DNA of 64,000 nt from a virus: positions 96,001-160,000 of IMG/VR virus record IMGVR_UViG_3300032249_000542, one strand, 5' to 3'. A program made the position numbers and the translations under genes. Every line of letters starts with the position of its first letter. The stretch's first letter is position 1. Positions 55,971 through 64,000 of this stretch are shown in pieces. The notes beneath the pieces are model-generated. The model had not been told where the DNA came from. It was given only the letters and a program-made list of their open reading frames with translations, and did not search any database.

Positions 55971-56714
55971 ATGCAATCATTTGATAGTTTCCTGTACGAA
56001 TCAAAAAGTAAAGACCTTGGTGGCTTGACAATCTTTGATATTGATGATACACTATTTCATACAACAGCACAGATTGCTGTAATGAAAGACGGTAAAAAGA
56101 TAAAAGATTTAACTAACCAAGAGTACAACACCTATAAGTTAAAACAAGGTGAGTCTTACGATTACTCACAGTTTAGAGATTCGAAAAAGTTTAAAGAAGA
56201 ATCTAAACCAATCGAGCGTATGTTGACAAAGGCAAAAGTTATTCTACGTAATGCTGAGTCAAATCCAAAAAGTAGAGTAATCATTGTAACTGCAAGAAGT
56301 GATTTCAATGATAAAGAAACTTTTCTTTCTACATTCAAAGACCATGGACTAGATATAGATAAGATTCGTGTTGAACGTGCTGGTAAGTTGGCAGGAAGTG
56401 TATCTGATCCTGCGACAGCAAAAGCAATCATCATCTATAACTATCTAAAGACTGGCCAGTTTGGTCGTGTTAGGTTGTTTGATGATAGTATGGCAAACCT
56501 AAGAGCATTTTTGAAATTGAAACAACACTTCAAAGATGTTACGTTTGAAGCATACTTTGCAAAACCAAATGGATCAATACAAACAATAAAAGAAGAACAA
56601 GAGTTTGTTTCAAAGGCAGGTGCTGGTGAATGGGGTAGACCAGAACTTAGAGACAAATATGTTAAAGATACTCCTGGTCAAAGTAAGAAACTATATAAGA
56701 AGTATACGAATTAA
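55971..56714 (+). CDS. HAD-superfamily phosphatase (Pnkp phosphatase-like) with capsid-targeting-like leader
   Basis: FDIDDT, VTAR, K, LFDDS; N-terminus MQSFDSFLYE; C-terminal GEWG...Y...TPGQ tag. Confidence 0.72.
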   Translation: MQSFDSFLYESKSKDLGGLTIFDIDDTLFHTTAQIAVMKDGKKIKDLTNQEYNTYKLKQGESYDYSQFRDSKKFKEESKPIERMLTKAKVILRNAESNPKSRVIIVTARSDFNDKETFLSTFKDHGLDIDKIRVERAGKLAGSVSDPATAKAIIIYNYLKTGQFGRVRLFDDSMANLRAFLKLKQHFKDVTFEAYFAKPNGSIQTIKEEQEFVSKAGAGEWGRPELRDKYVKDTPGQSKKLYKKYTN

Positions 56715-56733
56715 TTTTTAATATGGAGTGTTG

Positions 56734-57579
56734 ATGGATGATTTAATTATTGGATGTTCAACCAACTATGATTGGTCCAAGATAAAGTATTGGATTAACT
56801 CAGTCAATCAAAGTGGTTTCAAAGGCAAGAAAGTCATGATTCTTATGAATTGTGATGTTGAAACTGCTACTAAAGTTTTAAAAGCAGGATTTGAAATAAT
56901 TTCATTTGGAACTGATGCGATGGGTAATCTCACGCATCAAAGTCCATTCATGGTTCATGTGGAACGATTCTTGCATATCTATAATTATTTGAAAGATAAT
57001 GAGTTTAGGTACGTTATAACTACGGATGTTAAGGATGTTATATTTCAAAAGAATCCATCTGAATGGTTAGAAGAATGGTTAGGAAATGAGTCCTTCGATG
57101 ATGATTTAGTATTCTCATCTGAGAGTATATTATATAAAAATGAACCATGGGGTGATAACAATCTAATGGAAACATTTGGTCCATACATTCATAACATATT
57201 CAAAGAGAATGAGATTTATAATGTTGGTGTTCTTGCTGGCCGTGGTTATGCGATGCGAGACTTAGTATTGAATATCTTCTTGGCATGTGTTGGTAAACCA
57301 ATTAAGATTTGTGACCAATCAACATTCAACTTCCTAATATCACAACATCCGTATCTGAAAACATCCAAGTATGCAAAATCAGAAGATGGTTGGGCATGTC
57401 AGTTAGGTACAACTGTTGATCCAAGTAAAATAAACGAATTCAAACCATTCTTACTTGAACCATCACCAATAATGCAAGATGGTAAAGTCGTTACATCAAC
57501 AGGAAAAGAATTTTCAATTGTTCACCAGTATGATAGAGTACCTGAGTGGAAAAATATTATAGAGGCAAAATATGAGTGA
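56734..57579 (+). CDS. Putative glycosyltransferase (GT-A-like)
   Basis: ERF, TTDVKDVIFQKNP, NVGVLAG, DQSTFN, HQYDR. Confidence 0.6.
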   Translation: MDDLIIGCSTNYDWSKIKYWINSVNQSGFKGKKVMILMNCDVETATKVLKAGFEIISFGTDAMGNLTHQSPFMVHVERFLHIYNYLKDNEFRYVITTDVKDVIFQKNPSEWLEEWLGNESFDDDLVFSSESILYKNEPWGDNNLMETFGPYIHNIFKENEIYNVGVLAGRGYAMRDLVLNIFLACVGKPIKICDQSTFNFLISQHPYLKTSKYAKSEDGWACQLGTTVDPSKINEFKPFLLEPSPIMQDGKVVTSTGKEFSIVHQYDRVPEWKNIIEAKYE

Positions 57580-58147
57580 TACATTTACAATAGACACCGT
57601 AGCACAAGCATTTGGTGGACAACAGCAACAACCACAATTTAAACCTGCGGGATATCATTTTGTTGAGTTTATGAAACAAATGGAAAATCCTGTGGTATTA
57701 GAGATTGGGTGTGACATTGGAGACACATCACAACTACTATTGGACTGCAATGAAAGTTTAAAATTGTATGTCATTGATCCATACGATGATTATGTTGATT
57801 GGAATGGTAACAACCTAAACGAAAGACAAAAACTTTACGAACAAGCAAGAGAACGATTTGCACCATATGGTGATAGATTCAAACTGTATCGTTTGACATC
57901 CGATGATGCCGCAGATGAATTTGAAAAAGACTTCTTTGATTTAATATTCATCGATGGATTGCATACGTATGAACAACTAACAAAAGATTGTGCGAACTAT
58001 TACTCTAAACTAAAAACTGGTGGAATATTTGCTGGACATGATTACACAGTCATTGAAGGTGTTAATCGTGCAGTTAATGAGTTTGCTGCGAAGCAAGAAA
58101 AAGAAATTCATCAAGGTGATTGTGATACATGGTTCTGGATCAAATGA
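57572..58147 (+). CDS. Class I SAM-dependent methyltransferase (Methyltransf_24-like)
   Basis: LEIGCDIG, IDPY, DLIFIDGLHTY, GGIFAGHDY. Confidence 0.85.
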   Translation: MSDTFTIDTVAQAFGGQQQQPQFKPAGYHFVEFMKQMENPVVLEIGCDIGDTSQLLLDCNESLKLYVIDPYDDYVDWNGNNLNERQKLYEQARERFAPYGDRFKLYRLTSDDAADEFEKDFFDLIFIDGLHTYEQLTKDCANYYSKLKTGGIFAGHDYTVIEGVNRAVNEFAAKQEKEIHQGDCDTWFWIK

Positions 58148-58833
58148 GAAACTGTATAGTTTTTTCTGGTCAGTTCCGTACTCTACGTGATACACTTCCA
58201 AGCATTAAAGAGTTTATTAGTGTTAATGCATTGGATGTGTATTGCCAACTATGGGGTGACAATCCAGATGAGAAACGATTTATACTAGACCATCTAAAAC
58301 CAAAAGACTATTGGTTTGATAAGTATACAGCACACAAAGATGTGTTTGATGGTATAGAAACTAGAGTTCGTGCAACGCATCCAAAGAATGCTCCTAACGA
58401 TAAGATTGCTGGTAATGCATCAATGAACTATGCTAGAAAGATGGCATATAATTTGGTAAAAGAAAAGTATGATAACATTATCTATTGCAGATACGACATA
58501 GAGTTTGTTCAACAATTTTTGGTAGAACAACAACCAGATGTTATTCTAACTCCTTTAGAAGAATCATACAATCTTATCTCCGATATATTTGCAATCATAC
58601 CAACGCAATATGCAAAGTCATATTTTCTTTATGATGAATATGAAAGATTACATTCAACACAATTTGAACCAGAGTTTGTAGATTGGTTGCGTGATATTAA
58701 AAAGTATGGTGATGATAATATCAACATACATATGTTTGAGAGATACTGTCCTCATATGATGTTGTTACGTAATCTATTTACAGACAAAACTCCATTTGTA
58801 ACAATGGACATACCCGTGAGATTAAAACGATGA
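58144..58833 (+). CDS. Putative glycosyltransferase-like protein
   Basis: IVFSGQFR, DVYCQLW, YCRYD, SDIFA; paralog of the next gene. Confidence 0.5.
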   Translation: MRNCIVFSGQFRTLRDTLPSIKEFISVNALDVYCQLWGDNPDEKRFILDHLKPKDYWFDKYTAHKDVFDGIETRVRATHPKNAPNDKIAGNASMNYARKMAYNLVKEKYDNIIYCRYDIEFVQQFLVEQQPDVILTPLEESYNLISDIFAIIPTQYAKSYFLYDEYERLHSTQFEPEFVDWLRDIKKYGDDNINIHMFERYCPHMMLLRNLFTDKTPFVTMDIPVRLKR

Positions 58834-59546
58834 AAATTGCACTATGTCTATCTGGTCAAGCCAGATCATTCAAACAAGGATTCGAATATTACAAAAAGAA
58901 TCTACTAGACCATTATGATGTTGATGTATTCATTCACACATGGGAGTTTGATGAATGGAAAGAATACGTAGACTTATATAATCCTGTAGAATTTAAAATG
59001 GATCAATCGGTTACTGTAGATTATGGTAAGACGATTGATGAGATGTATATAAGAACTCCTAACAAAGAAAAGTTTCCACCACGTTTCACGTATGCGATGT
59101 TACATTCTATGGATACATGTGCTACTATGTTGTCAAAGCATGTATTCACCGCACACAAGAATTATGATTGGGTAATTCGTTCTAGAAGTGATTATGCATT
59201 GAATGTAAAGATTTCATTTGCAGAACTAGATAATTCAAAACTATACATTCCTAACTGTCGCATGGTACCAGAACGTGACTTTGGTAATGACCAGTTTGCA
59301 TTTTCATCTCTTAAAAATATGTTGAAGTATATGTCAACATATAGAATGATGGATCACTATTATACTGACCTTAATGCAACATACATTGGTGAAAATCTGA
59401 TGCAAGCAAATTTACATCAGCACAGTTTACATGGAGAAAATCTTGTCTACGTTGACATGAATAATCCATTCCCGCCTGGAAAACATAATGGAACTTGGCA
59501 CTCCCTCATTCGTGATGACTATGAACAATGGACGGAAAAATCTTAA
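58830..59546 (+). CDS. Putative glycosyltransferase-like protein
   Basis: IALCLSGQAR, DVFIHTW, IRSRSD, NDQFAF. Confidence 0.55.
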   Translation: MKIALCLSGQARSFKQGFEYYKKNLLDHYDVDVFIHTWEFDEWKEYVDLYNPVEFKMDQSVTVDYGKTIDEMYIRTPNKEKFPPRFTYAMLHSMDTCATMLSKHVFTAHKNYDWVIRSRSDYALNVKISFAELDNSKLYIPNCRMVPERDFGNDQFAFSSLKNMLKYMSTYRMMDHYYTDLNATYIGENLMQANLHQHSLHGENLVYVDMNNPFPPGKHNGTWHSLIRDDYEQWTEKS

Positions 59547-60277
59547 AAGAATTAAAAGGTCATTCAGGAAATAAAATCTATCTATTAGAATCAGACAATC
59601 AATTCATTGTACACAAGTCTGGTGATGTAAAAAGAAACGTAGAGAGATTGCAAGATTTGTTTCGTGAATTCTATGATGTACCTTTTATATTAAATACTGA
59701 CGGTGAGACTTTTATGGATATGGAATATATTCATGGTCTCGATATGAAAGAGTATTTAAAAATGAATACCATCAATAAACTTGCTGGGTTCATCATTGAA
59801 ACACTTAATAACTTTGCAAAAAGTTCGGTACTGTATGACTATACTGGTGTGTACCATCAAAAGTTGGATTGGGTAGACTCTGCAACAGACCTACCTTTTT
59901 CCAAAGATGAGTTGATTACTCGATTACCTAAACAACTTCCACGATCACAATATCATGGTGACTTTACCTTAGAAAATTTGATGTTTTCTGAAGATAAGTT
60001 TATAATGATAGATGCAGTCACGATTGAATATGATTCCTACATATTTGACATTGCAAAACTTCGGCAAGATTTAGAATGTAAATGGTTCCTAAGAGACGAT
60101 ACGCTTAAACTAGACGTTAAGTTAAGAAATCTACAGGACAAAGTATTAGAAAGATTCCCACTTGCAAAGAATGATTATATTTTGATTCTCATGTTGTTGC
60201 GAGTATATCGTCACACACAACCCGGTGATAGTAACCATCAATTTATTATGAAAGAGATTAACAGATTATGGAAATAA
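59528..60277 (+). CDS. APH/choline-kinase-like phosphotransferase
   Basis: GHSG, MEYIHG, HGDFTLEN, MID, DIAKLRQD. Confidence 0.8.
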   Translation: MDGKILKELKGHSGNKIYLLESDNQFIVHKSGDVKRNVERLQDLFREFYDVPFILNTDGETFMDMEYIHGLDMKEYLKMNTINKLAGFIIETLNNFAKSSVLYDYTGVYHQKLDWVDSATDLPFSKDELITRLPKQLPRSQYHGDFTLENLMFSEDKFIMIDAVTIEYDSYIFDIAKLRQDLECKWFLRDDTLKLDVKLRNLQDKVLERFPLAKNDYILILMLLRVYRHTQPGDSNHQFIMKEINRLWK

Positions 60278-61293
60278 TTGTACCTGCGGCAGGAGCATCT
60301 ACTAGATTCCCTGACATGAAACCAAAGTATTTGTTGTATGACTATGGTCATAAGATGATGATACAAAGAGCATTAGAACCATATCAGGGTCACAACATTA
60401 CGATTGGTATTCTCAAAGATCATGATGCTCACCATTCTGCATCTGATTATTTGAAACATGAATTCAAAGACACAGCAAAAATTTGTATCATGGACAAGAT
60501 GACAAAAGGTCCTGCTGATACAGTCTATCAAATAATCAAGAGTTCAAATATTGATCCTGATGCAGAACTATTGATTAAAGATTGTGATAGTTTCTTTGAC
60601 CATGAAATGTCAGAGGGTAATTATATTTGCGTATCAAACATTGCACAACATGAAGTATTAAAAAAACTATCTTCCAAGAGTTTTGTTATTGCGAACGAAC
60701 AAGGTATCATTACAGATATCATTGAGAAGAATGTGGTGTCAGATACATTCTGCGTTGGTGGTTATAAATTCTCAAGTGTTAGATTGTTCTGTGAAGCATT
60801 TGAAGAACTAAAATTGCATAGTGAAATATTTGTTTCAGATGTCATTCAACGATGCTTGCACAAAGGTGAAATCTTTACAGAAAAATTAGTATCAAACTAC
60901 ATTGACGTTGGTACTGCACAAGATTGGTTTGAATACAACGACAGACCAGTAATCTTTTGTGATATAGATGGTACACTAATTGAATCACAAGGTCGTGTTG
61001 GTGGTAAGAGTTTTGACTCACCAATCGTACCAATGCGAAAAACTCTAGATAAACTTTTAGAATATCAAAAGAATGGAGCACAGTTTGTATTCACAACAGC
61101 AAGACCAAAAGATGTAGAAGGAATAACTCATAGTATGTTAGGGTCACTTGGATTCCGTAACTTCGAATTGATTATGGGACTACAGAACTCAAGACGCATA
61201 TTAATTAATGACTTCAACAATTCAAATCCATATCCTCGTGCTACTGCAATTAATGTAGAGAGAGACAAAGACCAAGTGGCGAATTATCTATGA
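60268..61293 (+). CDS. Sugar-phosphate nucleotidyltransferase fused to HAD phosphatase
   Basis: PAAGASTRF...PK, GPADT, DCD, DVGT; then CDIDGTL, TTAR. Confidence 0.8.
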   Translation: MEIIVPAAGASTRFPDMKPKYLLYDYGHKMMIQRALEPYQGHNITIGILKDHDAHHSASDYLKHEFKDTAKICIMDKMTKGPADTVYQIIKSSNIDPDAELLIKDCDSFFDHEMSEGNYICVSNIAQHEVLKKLSSKSFVIANEQGIITDIIEKNVVSDTFCVGGYKFSSVRLFCEAFEELKLHSEIFVSDVIQRCLHKGEIFTEKLVSNYIDVGTAQDWFEYNDRPVIFCDIDGTLIESQGRVGGKSFDSPIVPMRKTLDKLLEYQKNGAQFVFTTARPKDVEGITHSMLGSLGFRNFELIMGLQNSRRILINDFNNSNPYPRATAINVERDKDQVANYL

Positions 61294-61985
61294 AACCAAA
61301 TAGACCTTTATTCATTATAACATCAGCACTCAGACCAACGATGGGTGTGTTCTCATTCAAAGAACGATACGACCAAACGATAAAAACTATTAAATCCATT
61401 AGAAGTAAATGTCCTAATGCATACATTCTATTTGCAGATGCATCTATTGGTGATGTTCCTGCTGTTGAATTTATGATTATATCCAAGATGGTTAACTTCT
61501 TTATGAAAATGAATGAGAAGTATAACCGAGATGTTATAGAGTTGAGTAAAGCAAAGTTGAAAAGTCAAGCTGAGACTGCATTACTGTATCACATACTTGT
61601 AATGATGAAACGTGATCCTAATCTACAGAAAGCATTGTATTCAACCAATCGCATATTCAAGATTAGTGGTAGATTAGAATTGGATATGGACTTTGATCTT
61701 AAAGAATATGACGAATTGTTTGGAAAGTATGTGTTCAGAAAACGTATTCCAACATGGATGAATCCACCTAAAGTGAGTGATTTATTCGTCACCAGATTGT
61801 ACTCTTTCTGTCCATCCCTTATCGATGACTATATTGGTGTACTGCAACGCAACTTTCAAATGTTAAATGACGTTGACACAGAACATGCACATTTTGCGAA
61901 TATTGACCCAAAATACTTGGTAGAATTCGAAAAAGTTCATTGTAAAGGGCAAGTTGCATCTACCGGAGAGTGGCACTACGATTAA
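61290..61985 (+). CDS. Hypothetical glycosyltransferase-like protein
   Basis: FIITSA, ERYDQT..TIKSI, FKISGR; coupled to the glycan cluster. Confidence 0.45.
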   Translation: MKPNRPLFIITSALRPTMGVFSFKERYDQTIKTIKSIRSKCPNAYILFADASIGDVPAVEFMIISKMVNFFMKMNEKYNRDVIELSKAKLKSQAETALLYHILVMMKRDPNLQKALYSTNRIFKISGRLELDMDFDLKEYDELFGKYVFRKRIPTWMNPPKVSDLFVTRLYSFCPSLIDDYIGVLQRNFQMLNDVDTEHAHFANIDPKYLVEFEKVHCKGQVASTGEWHYD

Positions 61986-61991
61986 AAAAGA

Positions 61992-61998
61992 CTAAATA
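61992..61998 (+). promoter_or_regulatory. Putative late promoter (CTAAATA)
   Basis: Intergenic; precedes GGAG SD. Confidence 0.55.
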
Positions 61999-62027
61999 GA
62001 AAGTCAACTGCTGTAGAGGCGGAGAAA

Positions 62028-63611
62028 ATGAACTTTATAGACTTTCTAACTGAACAAACCGAAAAACACGCTGTCCTTGCATTTGGGAGAATGAACCCAA
62101 TTACTTCCGGACATCAAACGCTTATCAATAAAGTTAAAGATGTTGCACAAGACTATGGTGCATCACATCATATAGTTCTGTCCCACACTACAGACCCTAA
62201 CAAGAATCCTCTTACTGGCACACAGAAACTAAAGCACGCTAAACGTGCATTTCCTAAGACTAATTTCTCAGTCTCAACTCCAGAACATCCTACATTTCTT
62301 CAACAAGCAGCTAAGTTACACCAACAAGGTGTGACACATCTACACATGGTAGGTGGTTCTGATCGTGTTGAAGAATTTCATAATCTATTGCACAAGTACA
62401 ATGGTAAGAAAAAAGGTTCATTGTTTAACTTCAAAGATATACAAGTACATTCTGCTGGTGAACGTGATCCAGATGCAGAAGGTGTAACTGGTATGTCAGC
62501 ATCTAAGATGCGTGAACATGCAAGTAAAAACAATTACAAAGAATTCAGAAAGGGTACACCTTCAACGATGGCTGACGAACATGCTAAAGATTTATACAAC
62601 GATGTTCGTAAAGGCATGGGAATTAAAGAAGATATTAACTTTGGTTTTGAAATGTTACTTACCGAAGGTGTACATGATAAAGGTATATTCAAAGCAGTAT
62701 TCTTAGCAGGTGGTCCTGGTTCTGGTAAAGATTATGTGTTAAGTAATACATTAGATGGTCAGGGATTAACAGAAATTAATTCCGACAAGGCACTAGAGTA
62801 TTTGATGGATAAGAATCAACTCGACAAAAGAATGCCTAAGAATGAAAAAGATAAGAGAGATATCATTCGTGGTCGTGCAAAATCAATTACAGATATTCGT
62901 GAACGATTAGCATTGGAAGGACGTAACGGTCTTATCATCAATGGTACGGGTGATGATTATGAGAAGATTGCAAGTATCAAAGAAAAACTTGAAGCACTAG
63001 GTTACGAAACAAAAATGATTATGGTTAATACTGCCGATGAAGTTTCCCGTGACAGAAATGTTGAACGTGGAAAACTTGGTGGACGTACAGTACCAGAAGA
63101 TGTTCGTAAACAGAAATGGGATTCGGTTCAAGCATCAAGAGCACAGTTAGCAGAACTATTTAAGAGTAACTATGTTGAGTTTGATAATTCAACAGATTTG
63201 AGAAATGCTGATGATGCAACAAGAAAAGCAAAACAAGATGAAATGGACGAAATCTTCAAAGATATTCAGAAATTTGTATCTAAACCCCCAAAGAACGATG
63301 TTGCAAAAGAATGGGTAGCATCTGAATTAGATAAAAAAGATAGTACACCATTGATGAGAGCAAATGAAGCAATGCCACATACAGAATCTGGTGCTGCTGA
63401 AAAAGCAAGAGAGATGGGATTAGATTATTATGGATTTGGACGTTACGGTAAAGATGGCACAGTATTGTATCGTTCGGTACATGATAAACTAGTTGATATG
63501 CGTAAGAGTGGTGCAAAAGAATCTACCAGTTCTTCAAGTTCGTCTAAACCAAAACCAAGAACTAAAACACCTGAACCTATTGAAGTTGATTACGAAAAAG
63601 ATCCACAATGA
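62028..63611 (+). CDS. HxGH-type cytidylyltransferase-like domain fused to P-loop (zeta/AAA_33-like) kinase
   Basis: FGRMNPITSGH, VGGSDR, SAGERDPDAEG.GMSASKMR; AGGPGSGKD, INSD, R...R lid. Confidence 0.78.
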   Translation: MNFIDFLTEQTEKHAVLAFGRMNPITSGHQTLINKVKDVAQDYGASHHIVLSHTTDPNKNPLTGTQKLKHAKRAFPKTNFSVSTPEHPTFLQQAAKLHQQGVTHLHMVGGSDRVEEFHNLLHKYNGKKKGSLFNFKDIQVHSAGERDPDAEGVTGMSASKMREHASKNNYKEFRKGTPSTMADEHAKDLYNDVRKGMGIKEDINFGFEMLLTEGVHDKGIFKAVFLAGGPGSGKDYVLSNTLDGQGLTEINSDKALEYLMDKNQLDKRMPKNEKDKRDIIRGRAKSITDIRERLALEGRNGLIINGTGDDYEKIASIKEKLEALGYETKMIMVNTADEVSRDRNVERGKLGGRTVPEDVRKQKWDSVQASRAQLAELFKSNYVEFDNSTDLRNADDATRKAKQDEMDEIFKDIQKFVSKPPKNDVAKEWVASELDKKDSTPLMRANEAMPHTESGAAEKAREMGLDYYGFGRYGKDGTVLYRSVHDKLVDMRKSGAKESTSSSSSSKPKPRTKTPEPIEVDYEKDPQ

Positions 63612-63814
63612 AAAATTTAAAACAACACATCAGCGATTTACACGGTAAATCCTTAAAACACGGAATTACAGGTCATGAATTCACTCTAAAAAAAGATGGA
63701 CCTAATGAGTATGATATTTACAAAGGTAATAAGTTCATAGGTTCCATTAATGGTAAAAGTGAAGAAGCCGTTTTACATGTCCTACAGCAAAAAGGATATG
63801 AAATCAATGACTAA
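63608..63814 (+). CDS. Hypothetical protein
   Basis: 68 aa, ATGA overlap. Confidence 0.55.
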   Translation: MKNLKQHISDLHGKSLKHGITGHEFTLKKDGPNEYDIYKGNKFIGSINGKSEEAVLHVLQQKGYEIND

Positions 63815-64000
63815 CTTATTCTTAGAACAGTATAATTTAATTACAGAAAAACAAGCTGGGGCTGCAACGTCTAGTGCTAATGCATTGGCAACACATAGAT
63901 CAAATGTGAACGAATATTTGTTGGCTCAAGAATTAGCAAAAATAGCAGGTCATAAAGATATTCGTCCGGGTGAGTCAGAAGAAGAAAAACGACAAGCTAA
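63807..64000 (+). CDS. Hypothetical protein (3' partial)
   Basis: MTNLFLEQYNLITEKQAG..., open to the window end; AAGGA upstream. Confidence 0.55.
   Translation, partial: MTNLFLEQYNLITEKQAGAATSSANALATHRSNVNEYLLAQELAKIAGHKDIRPGESEEEKRQA

Noticed and set aside
1-64000. Stop-codon reassignment and tRNA genes
   Set aside because: Core genes are intact in the standard code, and the short intergenic gaps show no cloverleaf or T-loop GTTCRA context that I could identify.

Overview
A 64 kb slice of an AT-rich T4-like myophage genome, similar in gene content to aquatic T4-like phages. All credible genes are on the + strand. Order: (1-11 kb) a paralogous array of glycine-rich and LamG-like tail-fibre/adhesin genes; (11-26 kb) neck, terminase, tail and head module gp13-gp23 plus gp3, with a Dps-like gene between the terminase subunits and a portal gene that apparently starts at ATC; (26-33 kb) uvsY, uvsW, gp55, gp47, 2OG-Fe(II) oxygenase, gp46, peptide deformylase; (33-36 kb) a C5-methyltransferase / TET-JBP-like dioxygenase / glycosyltransferase DNA-hypermodification cassette; (36-41 kb) an early block with sigma70 promoters (VWA-peptidase, CobS/MoxR ATPase, HTH protein behind an RNA pseudoknot); (41-53 kb) replication module (gp45, gp44, gp62, regA, hsp20 with a ROSE-like leader, dCMP deaminase, gp43, uvsX, gp41, DruA-like gene); (53-64 kb) late accessory genes, including several enzymes with T4-like capsid-targeting N-termini (ligase-like, HAD phosphatase, nucleotidyltransferase-kinase polyprotein) and a seven-gene glycan/nucleotide-sugar cluster. 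Best novelty candidates: a putative virion-packaged nucleic-acid end-repair kit, overprinted basic ORFs in GC-rich patches, cis-regulatory RNA structures, and RGCY depletion possibly tied to DNA hypermodification. All calls come from reading motifs by eye; no database searches were run.
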